Shown here: positions 52,329 to 64,000 of the stretch, piece after piece | Layout of the letters: the number at the start of each line of letters is the position of its first letter | Numbering within the stretch: position 1 is the first letter of the stretch | Origin: Rhizophagus irregularis | Taxonomy: Eukaryota | Assembly (NCBI RefSeq): GCF_026210795.1 | Contig: NC_089435.1 | Location: forward strand, 372,001 to 436,000 | DNA: 64,000 nucleotides | Direction of reading: 5' to 3' | The notes under the pieces: model-generated | What the model was told of the DNA's origin: nothing | Seen by the model: the letters and a program-made list of their open reading frames with translations, nothing else | The model's database searches: none | Program-made: the position numbers and the translations under genes

Positions 52329-53519
52329 TTGGTTTTATTTTTGAGATAAATTTTGCTAAAATTTTATTTTTTTAAAAATTTTTTTTCTCGTTCAATGAAT
52401 GAGTTACTAGAAGGGAAAATTTTAATTAAAAGTAGAAGTTACGACAAAAAATTTTTTCGGACATATTTTTCCGATGCACTGATCTGCGTTGAGAAATGTT
52501 GCACTTCTACACAATAATGTATTTAATGTGACACAGAATGTTACGATTGGAATTATGTTTTACCATTCATGTGATTTTAATAAAAGGAAGGAAAAAAAGT
52601 TTTCTCACAAAATGAATATATAGAAATAATATAATAGATTAATTAAAGAATTTTAAAAACTTTTTTGTTATAGTTTTAAAAATATTATTAATATCGAATG
52701 TGTAACTCTTTCCGTCGATCATCAGTCCAAAAAATTCTCAGAACGAAAAAATAGACGGAGTGCTAAAAGTTATTTTTTAAAGATTTTTTACGTATTTCTG
52801 ACATTTTATTCACTTTTTTAAGAAGCTGTAGATATGTTTTTTTTCTCAAAAGTTATAAGTAGTTTATAGATTAATTGCCATTGACCAGGTTCGCAGGAAA
52901 TTACTTAAAAAGCTGGCATGGGCAAAGGTTTTTTAAGGAGCAGTCTTGAAAAGAAGCAACCAGGACCAATAAATAAATTAACCACTTTCACCTTACTTGT
53001 TTATGGGCTTTGGTTACTTGGACTCGGAACTTTTCCGTCTTTTTTCGCTTTTTTTTCGGTGGCGCAGCACAACGTAGTCCGAATTTCGGCAAGAAATTTT
53101 ACCGATGACGTAGTCCCAAGTGTAGATAGGTGTTGCTTAAACCTGTTTTCAATCTAAAGTATGCAGACTTGTAAGAAACCATACATGTATGAATTTTTAG
53201 CATAAGAATAAATAACATAATACATGACGATCAATCAATACATGATCATAAAACACGGTTTAATAATTTCTATTTATTAAACCAAAAACGAAAAAAAATT
53301 AAACTTTCTAATTCTTTGCGTAGCTTTATATTTTCTAATTCTAGTTTTTCAACTTCTGCTAGAGCTCTATGATTTGCTGTTTGTCTTTCAGCCAATGTTC
53401 TTTAATTTCTATTTGTAAAATAGTACACGTTTTCACTTCTACTTCTTTTATATATTATAAATATGATAAATAACTTGCAAATAAAGAAACTAAGTCCAAT
53501 TTAATAAATACACAATTAT

Positions 53520-53628
53520 TATAAATCAACCTATAAATCAATATAACAATTAATAATATATATGCATAATTTTATTATAAATCAACCTATAAATCAATAT
53601 AACAATTAATAATATATATGCATAATTA
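53520..53628. repeat. Tandem duplication, two copies of ~52 bp
   Basis: TATAAATCAACCTATAAATCAATATAACAATTAATAATATATATGCATAATT occurs twice, ~57 nt apart. Confidence 0.8.
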
Positions 53629-53815
53629 GGCTGATAAGTTATTAAATGAGATGTCAGTGGTAGCCAATAAATTAGGTATTCAATTATGTACAGTACGTAT
53701 TTGTGTTCAAAACCATACTGCGTAAAACCATACAAACCAACCATACCATACATGATTGCTTATATACCCAGTGTAGATTTCATAATGGATCGGCAAAAAT
53801 TAGAGCGTAGTGAAC

Positions 53816-54645
53816 CAGTGTTCGGAAATGACCTGGTCATTTGACCATTTTTCGGATTAGGAGTCATTTGGTCAAATGACACCCCATCATTTGGCATTTG
53901 GCATTTGAATTATTCGTGAAATGACAAATGCCAAATGATTGGGTATCATTTGAATGTCATTTGCGTCCTTTGTCATTTGGTCATTTGTCATTAAAATATT
54001 TAAAGATTATTGGACAATTTATAATCACGTGATGTATAAAAAAGGAAGGACGTAATCGAAATAATCACAAACAGAATCAATTTCACAAAATTATTTATTT
54101 TTTACTGTAATCTGAAAATAATAAATAATACAACCATAATTATTAAAGTGATAATAATATCTGATATGTTATTTATTATATATAATTTTATTATATAATT
54201 ATATGCATAAATAAATGTTATGGCCATCTTATGATTAAATAAAGACAACAATTATATATATGGGATCCACTACAGTTGTTACAATTAAATATTTTATTGC
54301 ATAATTAATTAACTTTTATCTGTATGGATAAAATGATCATTAGTGAAATAATTATAAGTGAAATAATCCTGTCTATAATAATATTATTAACAAATAATGA
54401 CAAATCACGTGATTAAAAAATCTTTACTACTATTGAAACTTTTTTGATTATATATATTAAACCAATTTTGTTTTAATATTTTTGTTTTCTTAATTAAAAT
54501 AAATAAAATAATTAATAAGAATTCTCAGAATATTTAATATTTTTCAAATGACTTAAATGACAGGTCATTTGAGTTGCAAATGACAAATGACAAATGACTT
54601 GTCATTTGAGTCATTTGTTCATTTCAAGTCATTTGACAAACACTG
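53816..54645. mobile_element. Non-autonomous hAT-type transposon (830 bp)
   Basis: Termini CAGTGTT ... AACACTG. Perfect 8-bp TSD TAGTGAAC (53808-53815, 54646-54653). Dense subterminal TCATTTG/CAAATGA repeats at both ends. Confidence 0.88.
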
Positions 54646-55669
54646 TAGTGAACGTCATGACAAATAAATACAGTATAGACAAGTTTACAAGTCTTCTTGT
54701 TCTAAGAAATATCAAAAAGAAAGCTTTGATAAGGTGGATTAATTTCCATTATAACGAATGTTTGTACGTTTTATAAATCTCTACTTCAATAATTTTTTTG
54801 AAGCCTTATTCAATATTATTTTTTTGATATTGGAGAATTGGCGTGACGACCGTGGCGTTACCGTACTTACGTATCAAGTCTATCAAGTGAGTTCTGTATT
54901 ACAACTTAACGACTTTCTGTTTCTCCTATAATTTCGTATTAAAAAAAAACCTTATAGAAATTATATGTCAAAACTCTCAATTAATTTAACAATTTAATTG
55001 GATTTTTATTTTATATTTTCAAGCTTTTGTTAATTTTTTTTTTTACTTTAGTAAGCAACAGATTCATTATTATTTTCGAAATTTAAATGGGTTTTAATCC
55101 TATTATCCTACTCTGTAGTTTAAGGTCAAATTCACATGATTTATGGTTTAATAATTGTCATGGATAAGTAGTATTCATCATATGATCATAGTATCAAAAG
55201 GTGGGCTGTATTATGCAGTGACTGAACACGAGGTATTAAATATGAAAGATTTTTATTGTCACTACTGGTTAAAATCCGTGAATAGCCTATAGTTATTATT
55301 TAATTATTAAAATTTATTTTACACTTCAATATATCAAAATGGGAGGGTTATAAAGATTGTTTGTATATTTAAAGATTTTATTTAAATTGATTTTCCTATA
55401 TAAACATATTGACTGTTAAAATAATATCCAACAATAAAATATTTACGATTTAATTTTTCTTTTCAACAAATCGAACTAAATATAAGCTGAAAATAGATAT
55501 TTTTTTTATAACTTTCAAAAGAATAAATACAATAAATTTTAAAAATATATTTACGACAAATAGAAAAAAAAAACAAAAAAGTCACAATAATCCAATTATG
55601 TATTTGGATTAAATTGCGGTAACATTGAATATACAAAATAATTTTTTAAGTAATAACCATATTAATTAA

Positions 55670-57778
55670 TTAATATAATCTTCCATAATTACGTGAGGTC
55701 GCAATGGATCCAAATTTATTAGGTACTTCGATGTTTTTTCCAACATATTTATCAAATTGGTCAGTAAATGAATAAGGAAATGGAAGTTCAGTTGGTTGAG
55801 AAACATCATCAAGTCTTTTCATTTGTTCAGGTGTCAATCTGAAAAAAAGATTGGTTTATATTAAGTAAATTTCAGAAATTTTTTTTTTCCATAAAATAAA
55901 AATTATGATCAAATAATTATACTTACTTGAATTCAAGTGATTTAAGATTTTCTTCAAGCTGAGTAACTGTTTTAGCACCAATTAAAGGAGAAGTAATACC
56001 GGGTTTTTGTTGAATCCAATTCAAAGCAATCTATTTATTTTTTTAAAAAAAAAATCTTAATAAAATTTATATTTAATATTTAAAGTTAGAATATATATAA
56101 ATAATTACCTGAACGGGAGATCTATCAATTTCTTTTGAAATAGCAGTAACTTCATCTAGAATTTTCCAATTTTTTTCAGATTGTGCATGTTTTGCAATTG
56201 ATTGACCGCGACTATCCGAATTTACTGATTCTCTCGTATATTTTCCGGTAAGAAAACTATTATAAAAACAATTAGTACAACGTTAAATATTTTAACATAA
56301 AAGAATGCATCAATGATTAATAATTACCCTTCAGCAATAATACCCCATGGAATAATTCCGATCTAAAATTTTTGATTTAATATCATTATAATGTATTTCA
56401 AGTGTATGAAATAGTGTAAACGTTAAATTTAAATTTATGATACATACGTCATGCTCAGCACAAGCAGGTTGTAAGTCAAATTCCATCGAACGATCCAGCA
56501 AATTATAACGCGTTTGTAGTCCAATGAAAGGGCTAAACACGGTTAATAAATATATGTTAACCTAAAATTCTACTTTACTATTTACAAATTATAATTATAA
56601 TTTCGTACCTCCATCCACGTAATTCAGCAATGGTATTTGAACGAGAAAGTGCCCAAGATGGAGTGTCGCTTACGGCAACATACAAGGCCTATTTTATTTT
56701 TATAGTAATATATTTTAGAAAATAATTTGTGTGGGACTGTAAGTGGACTGTAAGACAAATTGTTTATTTACCTTTCCGCTTCGAACGATGTCATCTAATG
56801 ATCTCATATACTCTTCAATTGGAGTTCGATATTCAAAGAAATGGACATATAGAATATCAACATAACTCATGTTCAACCGTTTCAAACTCTCATCTAAATT
56901 TTCTACAAGACTCTTTCGATGATTTCCTCCTATACATTTAACAAAAAAGTTTTCGTTTATTATCAACTATTTAATAATTGCGCTTGAATAGTTTACTGTA
57001 GGCTTACCAAAATTCGGGTTGAACCTCTTGTCCTTTTGCAAAGCAGTTGGATTACCTAAGAATTAAATGTCGAAAATCATTAAAAATTCAAAAATTAAAT
57101 GAATTAAATGAAGTCACTAAGAAAACTCATAATTCATACACGAATATTTCGTTGCAATCACAACATCGGATCGTTTATCGGAAACGTAATCTCCAAGAAA
57201 ACGTTCACTCTAGTTATTTTAATAATGAATATTAATATTGAATTAACTAAAAAAAATTGTAATATTATAAATACTTACATCACCAAAATTGTACATGTTG
57301 GCGGTATCTGAAAGATACATATATCATTATTAAAAATTTTTTTATAATCATGATAAAAATAATTGGTTACTGCGTAAATAAAAAAAATTACCAAAGAAAT
57401 TTCCACCCTTTTCGTAATAAAGATCAAAAACTTTTTTCGATTCTTCTTTATTAGTACCTATTCCCTATATTTGTATAATGCTAATATTTTAAAAAACTAT
57501 TTTCTTTTTTTTTTCTAGATAATCAATTCAAATAATTTAATATAAATCTTACCCATTGTTCTCCAAAAGTCTTTTATGTGTGAGAAAATAGAAATTATAC
57601 ATATATTACTTTAATAATTTACGTTAATTTTACACCATAATTTATGATCAGGCTTACGAAATAACCTTACCATAGCGCCAAGACATAATGGAGAAACTCT
57701 TAATCCACTACGCCCCAATAAGACATAATCATCTAGAGCTTTAGTAGTTTTAACGGGAGAAGTAGAATCTTGAGCCAT
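55670..57778 (-). CDS. Aldo-keto reductase (aryl-alcohol dehydrogenase-like), paralog 3; ~13 exons
   Basis: ATG at 57778 (MAQDSTSPVKTTKALDDYVLLGRSGLRVSPLCLGAM). Motifs DTANMYNFGD, IATKY, GGNHRKSL, DILYVH, GLQTRYNLLDRSMEFDLQPAC, PLIGAKTVTQLEENL. Ends ...RNYGRLY* at 55670. Introns are colinear with paralog 2. Confidence 0.9.
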
Positions 57779-58298
57779 TTTTTTTAAAAAATAATAATTT
57801 TTAAATTTTCGATTTCATAGATTCATAGTGTTTATTTATATATAATTTTATCGGTTTTTTTTTTCTATCGATTGTTATAATTAGTTTGGCAAAGCCGGCT
57901 TTTCGATTTTCGGGATAACGTTTATCCGAAAATAACGAGTGAACTAACCAAAAATGATAAAATTATAGAAATGAATATGTGACATAGTACGCAGTACTAA
58001 TTTCAACTTTGTATTCAAATGATCGGCATGTTGCAGATAGTTCAGAATTTCGGTTAAACCTCGATTAAATTGAGTTAGATTAAAATCTTGGATCTTACGA
58101 ATAGTATTCTACTTTTATATTGATTATTAATTATTAATCAAATAATACGTAACAAGAAAAAATGTTTCTAACCAAAAATTATTGATTCGGTTTAATATTT
58201 AATACTAATTACTAAATATTTCTATTTTACGGGCGAAAAGTTCCGAATTTAAGCGAAACTTTATTACAAATATTTAACTTTTATTAATATTCAATAAT

Positions 58299-58610
58299 TG
58301 TATTGTAACTTCATTGCATAATAATAATTGCAAACCTAAATTACCATAATTTGAAATTTATTACACATATTTGTTTTCTTAATACGCAGTAACTGTATTG
58401 TAACTTCATTGTATAATAGAAACTATAAACCTGCATTACTTTAATTTGAAATTCATAACAGATATTTGTTTCATAATATGAAGTAACTGCACTGTAACTT
58501 TATTGTATAATAGTAACTAACTGTATTGTAACTTCATTGTATAATAGAAGCTGCAAACCTGCATTTCCACAATTTAAAATTCATAACAATTATTTGTTTT
58601 CTTTAATATG
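58299..58610. repeat. Degenerate ~95-bp tandem repeat (about 3 units plus partials)
   Basis: TGTATTGTAACTTCATTG(C/T)ATAATA...AAACCT...TGAAATT...ATTTGTTT recurs at 58299, 58394, 58488 (partial) and 58522. A further partial near 58708 follows an inserted CCCTATAAAAAA-type fragment. Confidence 0.7.
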
Positions 58611-59227
58611 CATCCCTATAAAAAATTTTTCAGAAAAAATGATCACGTGTATGAGTTTCTTCGGAATAAGAACTAGAAAAATGATCATTTATCGGAGTTA
58701 TTTCTAGAACTTTATTGTATAATAGTAACTGTAAACTTGCATAGTAGTTACTGCATGTTAAAGCGTCACAATCATAGAATAAGGAAACTACCGTAATTTA
58801 TGATGAGAGTGCCACTTTTTATTTTTCCATTATTATCCTGATTAGATATCATTGTATAATGGAATGCACATTTTAAAAAGCAATAAAAAAAAAAGTAATT
58901 ATTATTTTTTTTAATTATTTCATATAATAAAATTTTTAGGAAACTCATAATTAAATGGGAATTTTTTTCTTTTGTTTTACAATAATGAAAAACTTTTAAA
59001 TATTTACAAGATCGTTATTTATTCTGAATGTTACTGAAGCTATATTTTCTTAAAAATCAAAATGACGTTTCATATAATGACTTTTCGATAAAATAACATG
59101 TTTCATAATGTTTGAAGTTGCTTGGAAACTTGTCTTTCGTGATAAGTTTTTTTCGTTTATTTTAAAAGCTCAACCTTAATCCTATTGATGAAATTTGGAA
59201 TAAAAATTGTAACACAAAAAAAAAAAT

Positions 59228-59378
59228 AGTTACTCGGCACTTTCAACTATTGTACTTGCAATAAGCAATACGAGTTGTGAAATTTGCTGAGCGATGGCTC
59301 AGCAAATTTCACTGATCATATCCTTATTGCAATTACATGTAAGGTAAGCAGTTACGAGGTCACGTGTGCCAAGTAACT
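59228..59378. repeat. 151-bp fold-back element with perfect 16-bp central stem
   Basis: Outer arms AGTTACTCGGCAC/GTGCCAAGTAACT, middle arms TTGCAATAAG/CTTATTGCAA, centre GTGAAATTTGCTGAGC-GATG-GCTCAGCAAATTTCAC. Confidence 0.8.
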
Positions 59379-59530
59379 TTTTTATCAGGTTGGTATTTGA
59401 TTGTACTAACAATTAGTAAATGTCTGATAAATAGTAATTACAAAAGCCATTATTTTTGATTTACGTAGAAGATATTGAAATAATTTTAAATATGATATAA
59501 TAGTAATAGTTCCAACAGTTCCGAAGGAAG

Positions 59531-59719
59531 CCTGTAAAAAATGTTGATCCCGTGTTTTATATTTCCATGTTTATTCCGTGAATGTATCAAGTTTCTTGGA
59601 ATTTATAGTCTTAATCATGAAAATTTTCATCCCCCTAATACGGATATCCGTGAATGTATCATTCTCACGGAATTTTTACAAGAAATAATGGAAATATTCG
59701 GACAAATTTTTTTATTGGG
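59531..59719. mobile_element. MITE with CC(C)TGTAAAAAA TIRs and 3-bp TSD (copy 2)
   Basis: Colinear with 18247-18445 over its whole length; flanked by AAG on both sides. Confidence 0.75.
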
Positions 59720-60000
59720 AAGTGGAGCGGGCAAATTAAAACATGCATGATTTAGGAGTAGATTATACAAATATAGTACGAATTTGCATCAAATTGATGG
59801 GCTCAATAATATATATAAGTATATATAAAACAAGTACGGTACGAAATTTTTGGAATTTTTGGAAATTTGATGCACCGTACCGTACTGAAGATACTGAAGA
59901 TACATAATTTATAAATATTAATTAATATATGTATTTTTATTCATTTGAGAAAATAAAAAAAAATTGATTTTTATTAAATATTATAAATTTATAATGCAAT

Positions 60001-60125
60001 CATTTGTATTTGGATTTTGAGATATCCCATACATTTTAACTTTATCATAATAAGCAATAAACTATTAAAAATAGGTGTCAATTATATTATAATTATAAAT
60101 GTACTAATGTACTTGAAATAAATTA
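60001..60125 (-). pseudogene. Orphan fragment of the tandem kinase N-lobe module (intron end + exon start)
   Basis: Reads ...ag|FIAYYDKVKMYGISQNPNTN. The upstream sequence resembles intron 38476-38549 (AATGTACTTGAAAT). Confidence 0.6.
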
Positions 60126-60326
60126 TTATTCATGGTATCACGTGTCAGTCATGTCACCTAGAAATAATTTGTGACGTCATGTCACGTTAGAGTCTAACGT
60201 AGAGCAGATTATTTTTTTACTGCATGGGCATGATTTACAAATTACACAGCAACTTACTATCTTTTTTCGACCCTAAAATTTTTTTCACATAGAAATTAAC
60301 TCCCGCTAACTACTACAATAATCACT

Positions 60327-60568
60327 ATGTCTGATAGCACTGAACTTAAAATTACTAATAATTCAAATGAGTGGATTAATTGGATTGAAGAATCTATTGC
60401 GAAAGAATGAATTAAATATTATGACTATAATCATTTTAATAATATTAAAGAAATTGGTTTTGGTAGTTTAGGAAAGTCTAATCTTGCAAATTGGAAAAGT
60501 TCTCATAGTTATCTAGCATTGAAATCTTTTTTAATTTCAATGTTATGGCTAAAGAAATTATTAATGAA
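60327..60568 (+). pseudogene. Truncated first exon of a different TKL-type kinase family
   Basis: MSDSTELKITNNSNEWINWIEESIAKE*IKYYDYNHFNNIKEIGFGSLGKSNLANWKSSHSYLALKSF, then a frameshift to NFNVMAKEIINE|gt. No downstream kinase exons found. Confidence 0.75.
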
Positions 60569-61353
60569 GTATTTATTTATCACTAAATTACTATCAACAT
60601 CTTATCCACAATATAGGCCATTCTCAAACAACTACTTCAATTTAATCAGATAGTGATGTCATTATGCTAAAGTATCACTAAGAATATCTTTTTTATTGCT
60701 TGACATTAAGCAACAGACTTTTTTATTTTTTTTTATGATAATGATGAATTGAGTAAAAGTTAAAAGGCAATTAAAAATTTCTTGCATTAAAAGTAAAATA
60801 ATATAAATTTAAATGATAATGCATTTTCTATCAATAGAAGATCATTGAGATCACCATTTGAAGAAAAAAAATGGTTTTTAGCTTGCTTGTTATTCATCAA
60901 ATAGGAAGCTTTTCAAACTCTTTGAATCTTACTGATATTTTTTTGGTTAATCATTCACTCATCAATTTATTATTTGAGGTGCTTAAGAACACAAATAAAA
61001 TAATTTATCAATCTAAATTAAAAAAGGGATGGAAGTAATAGTAAGTTGTTAAATACTAGTATTGATTATGCAACTTCAATAAATGAATTTCATGATGATA
61101 TTTTAGGTGTTTAGCTGCTTTTATAAAATAAATAATGATTATAATATTACTCCAAGGCAATAATAATACAAGTAAATTTTTTGAGTATTGATTGGATATA
61201 ACTTAAATATGCTAAACAAACTGCAAATAAAAATGTTATTTCAATAAATATAATATAATAATGTTTACTTTATTGTAAAAATGGTAAAATAATATAATTT
61301 TTTACTATATAATAATTAATAACTGATAAATAATCCGATAAACAACAGACATG

Positions 61354-63294
61354 TTAATCTTCAATTACACAATCAAAACCCTGAGTCTCTTGAACTAAAA
61401 TTTCACTAAGTTTGCGACTTGTATAATGTGCTTGTGGATGAGATTGTATAATAGAAGCATTTACTTGTTCTTGCACTAAAGATTTGTTTGCCTCAACAAA
61501 TTCCAACATAACATCTTCTAATTGATTATCAACATTAGGTACAACATATTCATAATCTCCATTACTATTTATTCTATAATAATCACTAATACATCCAATC
61601 CATTCAGATATAATATTCTCAAGCATTATTATAGTTGGTCTATTAGCAGGATCTGAATCCCAACATTTTTTCATTAAATCCACATAGCATTTTGGAGTAT
61701 TTTCTATAATTTCAGGACGTTTCCCTCCACAAATACTCAAGATAAGCTTAAAATCATGTGCTTCATAATTAAATGGAGGAATACCTGATGTAAATTCCCA
61801 CATTATCATTGAAAAACTATAAATATCGCTTGTTGGAGCGTAGGGTTTTTTTCTTAATATTTCAGGAGCCATATAAGGTAAAACTCCATAAATTTCATTA
61901 ATTTTATTAGCAGTATCACTTATGGGTTTACATAATCCTAAATCAATAATAAATAACTCATTTTGATTATCTGACATTAAAATATTACCATCATGAAAAT
62001 CACCATGAGTTAAATTTGATTCATGAATTACTTTGAGTCCTAATCAATAAATGTAATCTGTCTTGCCACTTAAATTTAATTATATCAGATAAACATTTTC
62101 TCAAACTTCCTTTTTTTGCATAACTCATTACTATTATATAATTTAAACTATTTGGATCTTTAGTAATTCCACAGAATTGAATAAATTTTGAAAATGATTT
62201 TTTTTGACAGGTATAATGATATTTCCACTATATAAATAATAAAAAAATTATTAAATTTTTGCAAGAGAAAATAAATTAGCTATAAAATAATATAAATAAC
62301 ATACCTCCTCCAGAAATTTATCATTTAAATTTGATGAATTATTAAGTGTTTTAAGAATAACCTCATAACCTGTTTGAAAATTACATCTATTCCATTGTTT
62401 TTTGTCAAAATTCCAACTAAAAATAGGTCCATCTAACCAGATAGCTTTATGAATTTCACTAAATCTTCCTTTATCATAATAATTAATACTTGACAATTTA
62501 TCATAAGGTATCCATTCTAAAATTTCATAACTATTCTTAGCTTTTAATTGTGCTTCTTGAATAAATTTATCAATAAATTCATTTTTACTAGTCCACTTTG
62601 AAAAATCTTGTTGAAATTGTTTAGTATTACATTGTTGGCACCACTGGTAATAAGTATATGGTTGCTTGCATTCATTACATAATTCACCAGCTTCATTATT
62701 ATAACTTACTTCATTACTTCTTGTTGCTCTTTGTTGCCAATAAAAGGCTTTTTCTAAATTCTTTTCTGTTCCTTCACCATTATAATACATACCAGCTAAA
62801 TTATTCATTGTACTAGTATTACCATGTTCTGCTGCATTTTGATACCAAGAAAAGGCTTTTTCTAAATTCTTTTCCGTTCCTTCTCCACTATAACAACACA
62901 TGGCTAAATTAAACATTGCTTCTTTAACACCGTTTTCTGCTGCTTTTTGATACCAATAAAAGGCTTTTTCTAAATTCTTTTCTATTCCTTCTCCATATTC
63001 ATAACATACGGCTAAATTATTCATTGCATCTGCATCACCATTTTCTGCTGCTTTTTTATACCAGTAAAAAGCTTTTTCTAAATTCTTTTCCGTTCCATTT
63101 CCACCTTCATAACGTATGGCTAAATTAAATATTGCTTCTCTATTACCATTTTCTGCTAATTTTTCTAAAGAATTAATGCATTCTTTACACCATAATTCAT
63201 TAGTAAAAGGTTTACTGCAATATAAACAATTTTCGTTATTTATTGTATTGATATCATTATTTGAAATATTTAAATTGCTAAATTTCGTTCCCAT
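61354..63294 (-). pseudogene. SEL1-array + kinase, paralog 3 (4 SEL1 repeats), frameshifted in the kinase. Exons 62305-63294 and 61354-62227
   Basis: Same architecture and intron as paralogs 1 and 2. Exon 2 is 874 nt (not a multiple of 3): about 11 nt are missing near 62045 relative to the paralogs, upstream of HGDFHDGN. The Gly loop reads KGRFSEI. Confidence 0.8.
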
Positions 63295-63599
63295 TTTTTA
63301 TTTAGAAACTTATTTTATTGAAAGAATTTATTTTTTTTTGACAAATTTTTTTTTATATTTTATTGAGTTTACTAAAAAGGAATACTTGAACCAAAAGTAG
63401 AAGTCACAACAAAAAAAAAAAATTTTTTCGGGTCATATTTTTTCCGATAAACTAATCTGCGACGAGTTAAAATCATAGATAAATATCTATAATAAAATAT
63501 TGAATTTTTCAAAAATTAATCTTGTTATTTTTTTACATTAAGATTATTTGATCATATAATTTTAAAAAAAAATTAAGCGAATGTAAGCGAATTCATTAT

Positions 63600-63768
63600 T
63601 TATTTTATGTGAAGCCGGCAGAGAAACTAAGCAAAGGGATGGACTATAACTAGCACGACCTAAACGAATCCTACCATCGAATTCCAGACAAGCTGGAGCC
63701 CAACCCGAACTTCTTGAAAAATAAAAGACCTGCACTACTACCACTACCGATAATAATCCAGGAGTAAA
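63600..63768 (-). mobile_element. Short GC-richer insertion with long TSD; probable truncated non-LTR/SINE-like copy
   Basis: CGAATTCATTAT at 63588-63599 and 63769-63780 (17 bp with one mismatch if extended left). On the minus strand the insert ends in ATAAAATAA. Confidence 0.55.
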
Positions 63769-64000
63769 CGAATTCATTATAATTCGATTAAATTTTTACG
63801 AATAGACATCATATGTGAATCACGTGATTAATTCAATATCCTCCGTATATTGAATTTGTTAATTCTCAATACAATATGAAAATTTGATTTTAAGCTCATT
63901 AATTATAACAACTAATTCCTTCAAAAAAAAGTAAGGAAACTTTCCAATAAGCACGTAAGTCGCAACCAGAAATTATCGCTTCTTATCTATAAAATATTAA

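Noticed and set aside
50657..52344. Plus-strand ORFs overlapping SEL1-kinase 2 (and similar ones over other genes)
   Set aside because: Antisense shadows of real coding sequence.
52710..53160. GC-richer stretch upstream of SEL1-kinase 2, possible ncRNA or transposon
   Set aside because: No convincing TIR, TSD, tRNA/rRNA motif or second copy found by eye; left uncalled.

Overview
Very AT-rich, intron-containing eukaryotic DNA. The gene families present (SEL1-repeat TKL-type kinases, BTB-BACK-TLDc proteins, F-box proteins, kinases with a WTSxNxxID N-terminal module) point, from recall rather than a search, to an arbuscular mycorrhizal fungus (Glomeromycotina, Rhizophagus-like). The window holds three paralogous multi-exon aldo-keto reductase genes and three paralogous SEL1-array + kinase genes (32, about 22 and 4 repeats; the last is frameshifted), arranged as a repeated AKR/SEL1-kinase segment. 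It also has an F-box gene, a SEL1-only gene, a calflagin-like EF-hand gene, one intact and one decayed BTB-BACK-TLDc gene, a decayed non-LTR retroelement and many non-autonomous DNA transposons with readable TIRs/TSDs. The most striking locus is 33874-40526 (-). The many short ORFs there splice into one 12-exon, ~1961-aa protein. It consists of 11 tandem 'Cys4 motif + kinase N-lobe' modules, one per exon with all introns in phase 0, and only the last module belongs to a complete kinase. All gene models were derived by eye from GT-AG sites and paralog comparison; no database searches were run.
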